From positions 1-64,000 of the IMG/VR virus record IMGVR_UViG_3300031957_002643: 64,000 nt of DNA, one strand, 5' to 3'. Position numbers and translations under genes: made by a program. The notes under the pieces are model-generated. The model was not told the DNA's origin. It saw only the letters and a list, made by a program, of their open reading frames with translations, and searched no databases. Below, one piece after another: positions 19,625 through 29,810 of this stretch. Each line of letters begins with the position of its first letter. Within the stretch, counting starts at the first letter, position 1.

Positions 19625-19989
19625 TGGGTTATTGGCCTTGGTACTTCGTTCCTTTTATTCTGTGGTTGCTTTTTGTATCAGCCGCCCACCCGCTTCATAA
19701 TGCGAGTAAACGGGAAAAGGTATTTTGGTTCTTTGGACATGTGTACGCCTGTATTGCTGCCATCGCATGTCTCGTGGTTGGTATAAGAGGCATCGCATAT
19801 CACGAATCACTGGCTCGGGCAGAACAGGCAGCACAAGTAGAAATGGCCAATGATCCTGATGTCATGCAGGAAGTTCTGGAAGAGCGCATTCAACGCCAAC
19901 AAGAATTTCATGCAGAGATCGAAGCACTTCGTCGTCAAATTGAAGAGATGCGCGCAGAACGAGAAGCAAGAGAAGCAGACCAACCATGA
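19624..19989 (+). CDS. membrane protein (2 TM plus coiled coil)
   Basis: Two hydrophobic segments and a charged helical tail. Confidence 0.65.
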   Translation: MGYWPWYFVPFILWLLFVSAAHPLHNASKREKVFWFFGHVYACIAAIACLVVGIRGIAYHESLARAEQAAQVEMANDPDVMQEVLEERIQRQQEFHAEIEALRRQIEEMRAEREAREADQP

Positions 19990-20171
19990 TAGACTTACCT
20001 GACTGGATTTATTGGGCATTGGTCGTGCTTGACAATCTGTGGTTCGTCTATGTTGTTTATTATCTCAACAACTGGAAAGATGATAAACAGGGATGTGTAG
20101 TGATAGTCATCTTTTTAATCGTCAAATCCATTAGTCTCTTTGCAACCCTTAAGCTTTTGGAAAACGCCTGA
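19986..20171 (+). CDS. small membrane protein
   Basis: Two hydrophobic segments. Confidence 0.55.
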   Translation: MIDLPDWIYWALVVLDNLWFVYVVYYLNNWKDDKQGCVVIVIFLIVKSISLFATLKLLENA

Positions 20172-20314
20172 TGTTGACGCTACTCAAGATGTATACCATT
20201 ACGCCCGTGGTTGAATTCACAACTAAGGTTGGATATCCGCTACTTGCGGTTCTAACTATGATTGCTACGTTTGATGCGATCATGTTATTTGTAATTTTGG
20301 AGAATATGAAATGA
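20171..20314 (+). CDS. small membrane protein (47 aa, not in the ORF track)
   Basis: MLTLLKMY...YPLLAVLTMIATFDAIMLFVILENMK*; tiles the gap. Confidence 0.45.
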   Translation: MLTLLKMYTITPVVEFTTKVGYPLLAVLTMIATFDAIMLFVILENMK

Positions 20315-20598
20315 ATTTTAAGCCCCTACACCATCGCCTGTTGGTAAAACCTGATGCTCCGGTTGAACAAACCAAAGGTGGAGTTCTTTTACCGGATGAC
20401 TTGATCAAGCCTGTAAACCGTGGTACTGTGGTTGCTGTTGGTACAGGCCGTATCGATAACAAGGGTAATCGTCACTCCCTTGATTTTGAAGTCGGTGAAC
20501 GTGTTCTGGTTGCCAAATGGGGCGAACATGAATTCGTTTTCGAAGACACAAAGCACTATTTGATCGATGAATCAGATATCGTTGGAAGAGAAAAATGA
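20311..20598 (+). CDS. groES: co-chaperonin GroES
   Basis: FKPLHHRLLVK, TKGGVLLP mobile loop, GTVVAVGTG, ESDIVG. Confidence 0.93.
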   Translation: MNFKPLHHRLLVKPDAPVEQTKGGVLLPDDLIKPVNRGTVVAVGTGRIDNKGNRHSLDFEVGERVLVAKWGEHEFVFEDTKHYLIDESDIVGREK

Positions 20599-20855
20599 AA
20601 TACGATCATAACGCAGATGATTGGTTCTTTAATCCGAGAAACACCAAGATTTTCGGATATATTATCTGTGCTATCTTTTTCGTCTTTATGTTTTTTGAAG
20701 ATACGCTCGTCAGTTTCTTGACAGACGAAAATGGACCCCCTCCGGTGGCAATCCTGTGGCCCCTGCTGATGCCCATCGGTGCCATTTTTGTCAGTCTTGG
20801 TAAACTTCACGCCAGAATCAATCATCTCGAAAAGGAACAATCAAATGTTCGTTGA
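20595..20855 (+). CDS. small membrane protein
   Basis: Two hydrophobic segments. Confidence 0.6.
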   Translation: MKYDHNADDWFFNPRNTKIFGYIICAIFFVFMFFEDTLVSFLTDENGPPPVAILWPLLMPIGAIFVSLGKLHARINHLEKEQSNVR

Positions 20856-21087
20856 TCTACTCATCCTTGCAGGCATCACTCTGCTTCTTCATTTCGTGGT
20901 TACTATCTGCATCCGCAAGAGCCTTCTAGGTGCCCCGGCTATCACTGGTCCGCTTGGAACAGTGTTCCTGTTGGTGGCAATCGGAATCGCAAACTTCTGG
21001 ATGGCGGTGGCAATCTTCTGCTTCATCGTCCTTCCGATTATTATGGCCATTCGATACTCACTCAACCCGATGACCATCCCCAAGTGA
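20845..21087 (+). CDS. small membrane protein
   Basis: About three hydrophobic segments; AAGGA RBS. Confidence 0.6.
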   Translation: MFVDLLILAGITLLLHFVVTICIRKSLLGAPAITGPLGTVFLLVAIGIANFWMAVAIFCFIVLPIIMAIRYSLNPMTIPK

Positions 21088-21129
21088 GTCACCATTTTAG
21101 TGGAAGCTGGATAATCGAGGCAATTTGTA

Positions 21130-21501
21130 ATGTCGAAAAAAGACGATCACAGTGAATTCTATCGCGAAGACTGGATGACGGATGCACAATGGGAATGTGC
21201 CTGTTTGTTTGCCGATCTGGTCGGTGGTTTCCATCATGTGAGTGACAAGTTCAAGCCTTCTTATATTGATGGGGTTGAAATCAATACCCGCCAGACCTTC
21301 GCTACGTTCGACTGTGACGGCCTCACGCGCTTGGTTGTCCTTGCGCATGACAGATGCATCCGTGTGGAGATTTGCTCGTCAGGCCCCGGCAGAATCCGCC
21401 TTATGATACATAAGCGAGACCCAAATGGTAAACACCTGTGGGCACGTCATCCTAAACTGATGGATGCTATCAAACGAATCGGAAGACAACATGCTAAATG
21501 A
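21130..21501 (+). CDS. conserved phage hypothetical protein
   Basis: ATFD.DGLTRLVVLAHDRCIRVEI motif familiar from phage hypotheticals. Confidence 0.7.
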   Translation: MSKKDDHSEFYREDWMTDAQWECACLFADLVGGFHHVSDKFKPSYIDGVEINTRQTFATFDCDGLTRLVVLAHDRCIRVEICSSGPGRIRLMIHKRDPNGKHLWARHPKLMDAIKRIGRQHAK

Positions 21502-21679
21502 AAAACTCCTGCATGATGTCCTTCAAACAGAATGCCGAGATCAAACCGCTTGTGGAACTGGTATGATCATTAATTCTGATCAAGATGCTATCACTCGAAT
21601 GGTCAGAGTTCTAAACGAGGAATTGAAGAAATGCGTGCAGAAGAAATCTTCAAAGACATTGCCAAAGAAGAAATCATGA
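21491..21679 (+). CDS. hypothetical protein
   Basis: Tiled ORF. Confidence 0.45.
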   Translation: MLNEKLLHDVLQTECRDQTACGTGMIINSDQDAITRMVRVLNEELKKCVQKKSSKTLPKKKS

Positions 21680-21813
21680 AATCCTTGAAAGAGGTTTTCA
21701 GTGTCGAGGACGTATTTCTGGAAGCGGATGCCTCAGATACCGCTGACAAGATCATCCAAGCAATCAAGGAAAAGGGCTATGAACTCAGACTCGGTGGGAA
21801 GAAGTCCGATTGA
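21631..21813 (+). CDS. hypothetical protein
   Basis: GAGG RBS. Confidence 0.55.
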   Translation: MRAEEIFKDIAKEEIMKSLKEVFSVEDVFLEADASDTADKIIQAIKEKGYELRLGGKKSD

Positions 21814-22153
21814 CGATATTATGGATGAGGAACTTTTCCGAGTTCAACACTTGTATCCTGATGAGCGTATTGATGCAGCCGTCAAGGAAATCAATCGTAT
21901 CCTTCACAAGTACAATGTTTACATGAATGATGGCGGATTTGATTATTTTCAGGTCCACAGTGATGAGTTCAGTGCCATTATTAAGGACGATGAGATGGTG
22001 GACCCACGTCCTCATCTTTTTCCTGATGATGTCATTACTCGCAATTACATTGCACTTGCCAATGCAGAAGCACTCATGGTTCCTGTCTCCAAGGAACATG
22101 CTGAACGAATGATTCTTTTGGCAGAGGCATATTTGAAGACCAATGATAAATGA
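21779..22153 (+). CDS. hypothetical protein
   Basis: Start adjusted. Confidence 0.6.
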   Translation: MNSDSVGRSPIDDIMDEELFRVQHLYPDERIDAAVKEINRILHKYNVYMNDGGFDYFQVHSDEFSAIIKDDEMVDPRPHLFPDDVITRNYIALANAEALMVPVSKEHAERMILLAEAYLKTNDK

Positions 22154-22577
22154 TCTGTTACATTTCGATCTAACCGGTACGCATATTCTCAACGAACGCA
22201 AGTTATTCGAAAAGTATTTCAAGCGCATTCAAGAATATATAACCAAGAAGAACCCCGGCAAATACCCTCCGTATCCCTATCCGTTCGAATTAACGAGTAC
22301 TGCGCTTCGTTATATATCAAGAAAACGTGGATTGGTTTGGGAACAATCCGTGGGACTAATTGATTGTAGTACGGATACCTATAGAGAGAAAAATACTTTC
22401 TATGTCCGTATCGAATTAGTATTGTTCTACAATAAAGGTGGATGCCGTCTGGGCCTGCCGATAAATTGGGCATATCCGGCAACACTGTGGCTTGAAGCGT
22501 TCCAACACTGGATGGACACGAAATATGCTAGAGGGGACGACGATCCGCCTGACTTTATTTCTTATATCGAAAAATAA
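22143..22577 (+). CDS. E18-family paralog 1
   Basis: MINDLLHFDLTGTHILNE. Confidence 0.7.
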   Translation: MINDLLHFDLTGTHILNERKLFEKYFKRIQEYITKKNPGKYPPYPYPFELTSTALRYISRKRGLVWEQSVGLIDCSTDTYREKNTFYVRIELVLFYNKGGCRLGLPINWAYPATLWLEAFQHWMDTKYARGDDDPPDFISYIEK

Positions 22578-22585
22578 AACGTCCT

Positions 22586-23002
22586 ATGATTAACGACCTG
22601 ATCTTTTTTGATAATAAAAGTGTACTCACCACGGGAGAGTGCGACCTTTTTTCTTCTTATGTTGGAACTATCGTAGACTACATTAATGCTAATTTTGAAT
22701 TGATCGACACGCCCGTCTATTGGATCAATCCTCTTTTCAGAAATACATCGTTAAGAGATTTCGAAGTAAATCCGAATGTCAACTGTGAATATACAACTAC
22801 ATTCAATCGACAGACAATGGAATTTCGCGTTACGGTCGCTGGACATTATGCAGATGTCATGATTGGAATATACGTCCCATTCAATTCCCAAGTAGGAATA
22901 AACAAATGGGCTATTGCATTTTCGCGCTGGGTGGAAGAATATGCTGAAGACCAAAGTGCCAAGCCACCAGACTTTGCATACTTCATGGATATGGAAGACT
23001 AA
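22586..23002 (+). CDS. E18-family paralog 2
   Basis: MINDLIFFDNKSVLTTGE. Confidence 0.7.
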   Translation: MINDLIFFDNKSVLTTGECDLFSSYVGTIVDYINANFELIDTPVYWINPLFRNTSLRDFEVNPNVNCEYTTTFNRQTMEFRVTVAGHYADVMIGIYVPFNSQVGINKWAIAFSRWVEEYAEDQSAKPPDFAYFMDMED

Positions 23003-23385
23003 TGATTCGCGATCATATTATAGACAATGCATTGGAAGCTCTTAATTTCAGTGAGGGCAGTCTTATTGCGCGTCTTACCAGACAGTATATGAAATCAAAA
23101 GGATTGGTGGTAGATAATATACAATTAAGAGACTATTTTAGGAATAGCTACGAATTCCTTGCAGATCGGGATGAGGTTCGCATTGATCATGTTCGTTTGG
23201 AGTTAGAAACCGACGAGGATAACGACCATAAAGTTTCTATGTACAGTTTTCAATTTGTAGTACACAGTGAATTTGCCTCTGTTGATTTCACCTTTTACGG
23301 GTTTCAGATTCCAGATAGTATCACAGCAGAGATTGATAGATTGTTGGATGGATATAAGTTGAAGGAGTGGTTAGGTGCTTCGTGA
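23002..23385 (+). CDS. E18-family paralog 3
   Basis: MIRDHIIDNALEALNFSE. Confidence 0.7.
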   Translation: MIRDHIIDNALEALNFSEGSLIARLTRQYMKSKGLVVDNIQLRDYFRNSYEFLADRDEVRIDHVRLELETDEDNDHKVSMYSFQFVVHSEFASVDFTFYGFQIPDSITAEIDRLLDGYKLKEWLGAS

Positions 23386-23749
23386 CATCATAACTTCAGA
23401 AGCGTTTGATTCGTGTGTTCAAGAAGAACGCAAACTCGTCTTCTCACATATCATTTCGATCATGGAAAATTATGGACAATACTCATCCACCTTCTTGTCC
23501 TATCAAACCCATGAACAAGGAGGAACCGAATTCACTCCGAAGATCAGAACAGATTCCAACAATTCGCACATAGATATCAGTCTCACGATGCATTATAGCA
23601 GCGTGACGCATACTTTTAGATGGTATTACGATCTGTCTCCAAAAGAAATAAAAAAGATAGAGTGCGAACTAAAGAACTGGTTCGAAGATTATTACAAGAT
23701 CAAACCCAAATTGCTCAAGAACTTTTTTCCAGAGTTGTACATTTCATGA
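23375..23749 (+). CDS. E18-family paralog 4
   Basis: MLRDIITSEAFDSCVQEE. Confidence 0.7.
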   Translation: MLRDIITSEAFDSCVQEERKLVFSHIISIMENYGQYSSTFLSYQTHEQGGTEFTPKIRTDSNNSHIDISLTMHYSSVTHTFRWYYDLSPKEIKKIECELKNWFEDYYKIKPKLLKNFFPELYIS

Positions 23750-24174
23750 TTAGAGATTTAATACATGATTATGCTTGGGATAATGTTTTCTTATCCGAAA
23801 GAGAAACGATCAAGATGAACATTGCATTCGTCTTGAACGAAGCTCATTTCTACGTGCATGACATCCACCTTCGAGGCGCGCTAAATTCCATGTTCGATCC
23901 ATGCGAAATTGAAATCGATAGTTTGGAAGTTGATGATAGTGAGACTTACGAACATAAAATAGTAGGACGCGCGACACCGCACGTTGTCGTAGACAGAAAG
24001 CTTATTTTGAAGTTTACAGTGTTCGGGTATTACAATAATCTTAACTTCACAACCATAGCGGTAGCATCACAAGTTGATATCGAAAAGATTATGGATCAGA
24101 ATGGTAATGTCATCCTGTTCGATACAGTAGATGTCAATGATTGGCTAAATCCAAAGATGGTTCCTGATGATTAA
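23746..24174 (+). CDS. E18-family paralog 5
   Basis: MIRDLIHDYAWDNVFLSE. Confidence 0.7.
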   Translation: MIRDLIHDYAWDNVFLSERETIKMNIAFVLNEAHFYVHDIHLRGALNSMFDPCEIEIDSLEVDDSETYEHKIVGRATPHVVVDRKLILKFTVFGYYNNLNFTTIAVASQVDIEKIMDQNGNVILFDTVDVNDWLNPKMVPDD

Positions 24175-24643
24175 TGAACACATCATATCGACGAGCAAGA
24201 GAGATGTTCGTAAACGCGAAATCAAGCGTGTCAAGAAGGCTTTTGCTGAAAGACTGGTAGCCAATGGGTTTGGTAAGAACTGCACGCACAAGTGCCGTGT
24301 ATGGGTGCTGAATGAGTATTGCTTTTCGCCAATGTTCAGTGCAGAAGATACATATACGATAGTCCCACGTGATGGGAGTGGTCCTTTGTATGTTTTTACA
24401 AAGGACTATATAGCAATGACCCATTATGGTTGTGTACAAATTCATTATTCTCGTAAATCCAACAAGGAGTTTCGAAAATTTGATGATCATTGGAACAAAG
24501 CCAAACATGTAGATATCACGTTCAATTTCTACTATAATGGTTATCATTTCACAGCGATGCTTATTAATAAGGATTATAAGAGCCTTCTGAAGTTTGCCAG
24601 ACAGGTATCTCGTTCCGCACATGAGGCTATATTTGATGATTAA
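24167..24643 (+). CDS. E18-family paralog 6
   Basis: MINEHIISTSKRDVRKRE. Confidence 0.7.
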   Translation: MINEHIISTSKRDVRKREIKRVKKAFAERLVANGFGKNCTHKCRVWVLNEYCFSPMFSAEDTYTIVPRDGSGPLYVFTKDYIAMTHYGCVQIHYSRKSNKEFRKFDDHWNKAKHVDITFNFYYNGYHFTAMLINKDYKSLLKFARQVSRSAHEAIFDD

Positions 24644-24995
24644 TGATAAAATAATCGAAGAGACTACCATCAAGGGTGCCAAAAAAGAATTAAATGCTAT
24701 CCGAAACATTTGTGTAAAAGTACTTGACAGGTGGTTAAGTCTGGAAGAATCCAGAAGTCTATTGTCTAAAGACTTCTTACATTTGAACAAGAAGTATTTG
24801 AAAATACCACATGATAATGATCCACGAATAAGCATAGACTACTTCGATTTTGACATCACGATTGTGGTATTTGGAATCTTTTATACCAAGTCATGGGAGT
24901 TCCGGGTGCCATTAGACAATCGTGACCATGTTCATGAAATTGCTAACATGCTTACGGCGGAACTGGATTTGTTTTACGAGACATTCGATGCTTAA
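24636..24995 (+). CDS. E18-family paralog 7
   Basis: MINDKIIEETTIKGAKKE. Confidence 0.7.
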   Translation: MINDKIIEETTIKGAKKELNAIRNICVKVLDRWLSLEESRSLLSKDFLHLNKKYLKIPHDNDPRISIDYFDFDITIVVFGIFYTKSWEFRVPLDNRDHVHEIANMLTAELDLFYETFDA

Positions 24996-25419
24996 TGATC
25001 TCATTCAATATGATTACCATATTGTCTGTGGTAATAAGGAACTTCACTATTTTGATCAGTATTTCAATACGATTCGGAAGAAACTGTATTCATCACAGTT
25101 TGATGCGCCGCCCGGACATATCACTAGAAGAATGAATATCAATTTTAATTATACAGCACATATTCAAAAACAGCCTGTTATTAGATGGAACAACATTAAC
25201 AAAAGCACAATGATGAGATTAGAAATAATTGGCTTCTTCTCGGTTGTTAGTGTAGAATTTCATTACTGTCCGCTGCGGTACCAGTTCTTCAAAACGTGGT
25301 CCGAAATGTTTGACGTATGGTTCAATAATGAATACAATGGTATGGCTAACGTTTCACCACCATCTATCGAAGATGTATTGAATGAAAGACCTGTTCTGCG
25401 GAGCATCTTTGATGATTAG
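24988..25419 (+). CDS. E18-family paralog 8
   Basis: MLNDLIQYDYHIVCGNKE. Confidence 0.7.
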   Translation: MLNDLIQYDYHIVCGNKELHYFDQYFNTIRKKLYSSQFDAPPGHITRRMNINFNYTAHIQKQPVIRWNNINKSTMMRLEIIGFFSVVSVEFHYCPLRYQFFKTWSEMFDVWFNNEYNGMANVSPPSIEDVLNERPVLRSIFDD

Positions 25420-25864
25420 AAATACCGTCATTGCCGATCATAAAGCTAGTCTTGTTCGAAACGAATTCATCTTTATTGGTAACATTCTGCAAGAGATGAA
25501 AGCCAAGGCTTATGGTGGGGCTATGAAAGAACTCGCCGGGGATACGTACAATTACTATGACATCGGAAAGCCAGCCACTTCAATAATGGATTTGCGCGTC
25601 ACGGTAGTCGATAACATGTCCTCAGAACTATATTCGGTCACCGCTTATGGATACTATCTCCCAATGTCTCTCGATATAGAATATACTTCTCATAATTATT
25701 TGATCAGAAGTGAACGATATCCTAATAGAGACTTTGTTCGTGATCTGATAGATGTGTTTGAAACTTGGTTCGAAATCGAGTATGCCAGTGGCAAAGATAC
25801 AAAGCCTGACTTTAGTGAATGCATGAAGCGTGAATACAAAAGACGGTTAGAAACGTTCAGATGA
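25412..25864 (+). CDS. E18-family paralog 9
   Basis: MIRNTVIADHKASLVRNE. Confidence 0.7.
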   Translation: MIRNTVIADHKASLVRNEFIFIGNILQEMKAKAYGGAMKELAGDTYNYYDIGKPATSIMDLRVTVVDNMSSELYSVTAYGYYLPMSLDIEYTSHNYLIRSERYPNRDFVRDLIDVFETWFEIEYASGKDTKPDFSECMKREYKRRLETFR

Positions 25865-26223
25865 TCAACGATCTGGTATATGATGACTATGCTATGTTAA
25901 ATGCCCGCGAAGAACATCTCGTCCTTCTGCGAGACTTAGCTGATTTCATTCACGAACAGGGCTATCGTAACAGATCAATAGACATCTTCGAAAGATATAA
26001 AGATTTAGACTATGGCTTATCGTCATACTGGCGCGGTAAAATACTATGGCCGCATGTGTCATTTCTTACACATACAAATGACACCGTAATTACTGTTGAT
26101 ATCAATGGTTTCTTTGTTGGTCAGTACTATCATATACCGTTTGATGGATGGCCAGAATTTGCAGTTGTGAATTTGATGCGCGACCTAAACCATTATTTCA
26201 GAGACTACTTCAAACCTAGATAG
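25861..26223 (+). CDS. E18-family paralog 10
   Basis: MINDLVYDDYAMLNAREE. Confidence 0.7.
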   Translation: MINDLVYDDYAMLNAREEHLVLLRDLADFIHEQGYRNRSIDIFERYKDLDYGLSSYWRGKILWPHVSFLTHTNDTVITVDINGFFVGQYYHIPFDGWPEFAVVNLMRDLNHYFRDYFKPR

Positions 26224-26228
26224 TACTA

Positions 26229-26588
26229 ATGCTTATTGACATCATATCCGACAGCCGATGGAGACAGGAAGCCCGCAATGAATATATGCAGGTTGTGCGT
26301 GATGTTGCTGCCTTTTTGTATGATCATGGCTGGATCGATGATATGGACAAGATAATCAAAGCGTGTGAAACTCTTCCATTGACACGCTATTGCAATATCA
26401 TAAAAACACCCACTCCATATATTGTATTCTCCTCACAGGATTGGTATTTGCAGGCAAGTTATATTGGTCACTTTGGCTGTCGTCGTTTTACAATTGGTAC
26501 TGGTCCTGCCGCACATGAGGGACTAACGTTAGCGAAAACGGCAGACCATGCCAACGAATTCTTCAAGGATTATTTCGATGCTGTTTGA
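26229..26588 (+). CDS. E18-family paralog 11
   Basis: MLIDIISDSRWRQEARNE. Confidence 0.7.
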   Translation: MLIDIISDSRWRQEARNEYMQVVRDVAAFLYDHGWIDDMDKIIKACETLPLTRYCNIIKTPTPYIVFSSQDWYLQASYIGHFGCRRFTIGTGPAAHEGLTLAKTADHANEFFKDYFDAV

Positions 26589-26943
26589 TGTCATAAGCAA
26601 AACTCGCTGGGAACATGCCGCACATGAAGAGTATTTGAAAATCTATCATGATGTCGTCGAATACCTATATTCAACGGGTTGGATTGATCGGAAAATCAGA
26701 ACAGAAATCGAAGAAGCATGCTTTCGTGATCCATTCCAAATGTGTATAAATCATGGCACTTATATTATTAGTCCCCACATCAACATAAGCGTTCAAAGTT
26801 GGCGACTTGGTGTTGATTATGTCGGAGAGTATGATTGTCGTAAGTTCTCTATGGATATAAAGAATAATCTTGATGAACGTGGATTTGAAATATTAGCAAG
26901 TGAAGCGAACGAGTTCTTCAAGGATTACTTCGATGATTGTTGA
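26578..26943 (+). CDS. E18-family paralog 12
   Basis: MLFDVISKTRWEHAAHEE. Confidence 0.7.
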   Translation: MLFDVISKTRWEHAAHEEYLKIYHDVVEYLYSTGWIDRKIRTEIEEACFRDPFQMCINHGTYIISPHINISVQSWRLGVDYVGEYDCRKFSMDIKNNLDERGFEILASEANEFFKDYFDDC

Positions 26944-27289
26944 CAAGCTCGTATTTTGCGCACTTAAAGACATTGCGAAAGCTGAGAACGATGCGTTTCT
27001 GCAAGTAGTAGAAAACGTCATTAACGAACATGTGTCACCACCGATTGATATTTTTGAAAAACTACATGATCGTGAAAAATCGTTTGAAGTGCAATCAGCA
27101 AAAATGGGTTTTATCAAAATGCAAAAGCATGCATCATTTGAGTACGAAAGGGCGAGCAAATCGATTTTCATACAACACCGGGGAGAATGGTGTATTTTCT
27201 TTGAATACCTTTACTTAAAGACGCGAAATGCTCACAAAATACAAGAAGCGGTTATCGCCCTGAACAAACATTTTGCCCACTATGATTAA
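26933..27289 (+). CDS. E18-family paralog 13
   Basis: MIVDKLVFCALKDIAKAE. Confidence 0.7.
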   Translation: MIVDKLVFCALKDIAKAENDAFLQVVENVINEHVSPPIDIFEKLHDREKSFEVQSAKMGFIKMQKHASFEYERASKSIFIQHRGEWCIFFEYLYLKTRNAHKIQEAVIALNKHFAHYD

Positions 27290-27659
27290 TCACGTGATCA
27301 TAAATCACCATCTGGAAGATGTTGGCCGTGAAGAATTCCATAACATTCTTCAGGATATTGATACTATTGTCAATCAGCATGGTTGGGCGGGTTTTGACGT
27401 AATGGGGCAATTTAAACACTGTATTGTGCATTTTACTTGTGATGATTATCAATGTGCTATTCATAGAAGACGTGTAAGCATTAGCATGGTTAAATCGCCC
27501 CGTGCCAACTATAATGGTATCCGTATTATCATTCGGGGAGACTATTCTCATAAAGGCATGTTGCTTGTTTTTGATGATTGGCCACGGAAATACGTTGCGC
27601 GCGTAAAAGAGCGGTTAGCCGAACATTTTGATGGTATTTTTGGAAAGCTCAATGATTAA
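27282..27659 (+). CDS. E18-family paralog 14
   Basis: MINHVIINHHLEDVGREE. Confidence 0.7.
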   Translation: MINHVIINHHLEDVGREEFHNILQDIDTIVNQHGWAGFDVMGQFKHCIVHFTCDDYQCAIHRRRVSISMVKSPRANYNGIRIIIRGDYSHKGMLLVFDDWPRKYVARVKERLAEHFDGIFGKLND

Positions 27660-28014
27660 TTCTTGCATTAGATTAAATCACTTGAGAGAAGCATCACGCG
27701 AAGAATATTTTGCGTTCATGTCATATCTTTCGGACTATATTGCAACATACGGATATGAACCATACAATCTTACAGGACATAAAAGCGGTTTTCGAACCGT
27801 TTCCATGGACATATACAATAATCAGGACCGGGGCTATATCCGGGTTTCATACTATCATAATGGTAGTGGAGTAGTTGTTCGTGTTGTTGGTGATTATTTC
27901 AGACTGGAAATCTCAATACGACCGCTAAATTGGCCACCTGAAGAAATCTTCAAACTGTATGAAGAGTTGCAACGAGATGAGTTTGTGAGATATTTTCAAA
28001 ATCATGATCAATGA
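27652..28014 (+). CDS. E18-family paralog 15
   Basis: MINSCIRLNHLREASREE. Confidence 0.7.
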   Translation: MINSCIRLNHLREASREEYFAFMSYLSDYIATYGYEPYNLTGHKSGFRTVSMDIYNNQDRGYIRVSYYHNGSGVVVRVVGDYFRLEISIRPLNWPPEEIFKLYEELQRDEFVRYFQNHDQ

Positions 28015-28360
28015 CCATATCATACGACTCCACTTGGGTTGCGAAGGTCGTGAGGAATACAACAAGTTCCTGCGAGACGTGACCAACTTCATATCCGAGC
28101 ATGGATATGAACCATATGATCTATACACTCAAGAACAGGGGAAAGGTTGCTCAATACATAGTTATTCATATAGATTTTTCGAACGCCCATGTATTGACTT
28201 TCACTACTATTCGGACCATAGTGGTATTAACCTTCGTGTGAATGGTGAATACTTCTACAAAACCATAAGTCTGGATTTATCGGACTGGCCCAAAGGCGAA
28301 GCGTTCAAACTGTACAATCTAATGGTTGATCGATTAGAGAATTATTTCCATGATCCGTGA
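28004..28360 (+). CDS. E18-family paralog 16
   Basis: MINDHIIRLHLGCEGREE. Confidence 0.7.
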   Translation: MINDHIIRLHLGCEGREEYNKFLRDVTNFISEHGYEPYDLYTQEQGKGCSIHSYSYRFFERPCIDFHYYSDHSGINLRVNGEYFYKTISLDLSDWPKGEAFKLYNLMVDRLENYFHDP

Positions 28361-28700
28361 CAGTATTGCATATGAACGTGGTCAGGAGATCGCATACGCT
28401 GAAGCGGATTATATTGCTAAGCGAATATGGAGCATTGTTGAAAAACATATTGGGCAAGATGCTTATTGCCTTGATTTGATGTCTCATATGACAGATGATA
28501 TGATCTACAACCGGTCGCCAATTAGACAGCTTTCATTTGCGAAACTATCAGGCTATCCCGACCAGATTGCTTGTGGGATTCGTGGCTTCCATATCAGTAC
28601 GGATTTCTTTCTTTGTTTGGAAGTCCATAATGATGTGACTAGAGATGTTTTGCATGATCTTCAAGTATTTGCTGCTGAAGATGACTTTGAGACTGTATGA
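28350..28700 (+). CDS. E18-family paralog 17
   Basis: MIRDSIAYERGQEIAYAE. Confidence 0.7.
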   Translation: MIRDSIAYERGQEIAYAEADYIAKRIWSIVEKHIGQDAYCLDLMSHMTDDMIYNRSPIRQLSFAKLSGYPDQIACGIRGFHISTDFFLCLEVHNDVTRDVLHDLQVFAAEDDFETV

Positions 28701-29077
28701 TGCTGAGTGATCACCTCATAGATGATAATGTCGAGGTCTTGAACCGCGAAGAGGCAAGCTTCATCGTGGGTTCACTGGCAAAAATCTTCAAGAAGTATTT
28801 TGATCCAGTATCAGTGGATGATTTTTGCGAAGACCTGTATACCAAGTTGACCAAGAGATTCAGATGGATTGATGATCCCTCTGGCCAAGAAATGAGAATA
28901 TCGTATAATATTCCCATAAGTGATGCCTATGAGAGATTTCCAATCTATGTATGTGGACAGACTATAGCATATGAGTTCTATGTTTATACAACTGGAAAAC
29001 CTTCGACAGAGGTATGCATGATGGTCTATGAGTTAGAGCGGTTTGCAGAAGAAGATTTTGGAAAATACTATCAATGA
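28700..29077 (+). CDS. E18-family paralog 18
   Basis: MLSDHLIDDNVEVLNREE (second ATG of tandem MM). Confidence 0.7.
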   Translation: MLSDHLIDDNVEVLNREEASFIVGSLAKIFKKYFDPVSVDDFCEDLYTKLTKRFRWIDDPSGQEMRISYNIPISDAYERFPIYVCGQTIAYEFYVYTTGKPSTEVCMMVYELERFAEEDFGKYYQ

Positions 29078-29457
29078 TTTCTGACAGCATAAAACTCGAT
29101 TACCTTAGATACTTGAATCAATTGGAAGCCGGTTTTCTTGTAGATTCTCTATCCGATATTTTTCATGGTGTTTTTGGTAATGACAGTGTAACTCGATTTT
29201 GTCTGTCGTGTTATGATGACTTTACAGAAAAGCCCGTTCTCTCTGCTGATGGGTTCCACATAGTACATGAGATTGTAGAGATGGAACAGAAGGGTGGATA
29301 TGGGTATTCGGCAGAATTGCATGTCAAATTTTTCTGTCTCACTTTCATTGATCAGTTTTCTATTGATGTCACACATGTCAAAAGTGATGTACTGAGAGAG
29401 ATGAAACTGAAGCTGAACCGCCTCTTTAATGAAGAATATTTGGAATTCATGGGATGA
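29074..29457 (+). CDS. E18-family paralog 19
   Basis: MISDSIKLDYLRYLNQLE. Confidence 0.7.
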   Translation: MISDSIKLDYLRYLNQLEAGFLVDSLSDIFHGVFGNDSVTRFCLSCYDDFTEKPVLSADGFHIVHEIVEMEQKGGYGYSAELHVKFFCLTFIDQFSIDVTHVKSDVLREMKLKLNRLFNEEYLEFMG

Positions 29458-29810
29458 TACAAGACACTATCAATGAACTCCACCTTGAACGTATGAACAA
29501 GGTAGAAGCGGATTATATCATAAGCCTGTTGAAGCCTATTTTATGCGAATTCTACGACCGCAGGAAAGCGATTACGCTTTGTGATTATGTTCATGGCAAA
29601 TGCATACAGTATCGTTCACTGGCACGATCAAGCTTCAATCATCGTATTGATATAGTTGAATGCAGTGGCGATGTCCTACTTGTTTACTTTCATTGCGTGA
29701 CGTTTTATAGTAGAATGAAACTCAGCACAACAATGAAGCATAGAGAGAGAAGTAGACTAATTTGTTATTTGCATGATCTCAATGCACAATACTTGGAGTT
29801 CATCGGATGA
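29454..29810 (+). CDS. E18-family paralog 20
   Basis: MIQDTINELHLERMNKVE. Confidence 0.7.
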   Translation: MIQDTINELHLERMNKVEADYIISLLKPILCEFYDRRKAITLCDYVHGKCIQYRSLARSSFNHRIDIVECSGDVLLVYFHCVTFYSRMKLSTTMKHRERSRLICYLHDLNAQYLEFIG

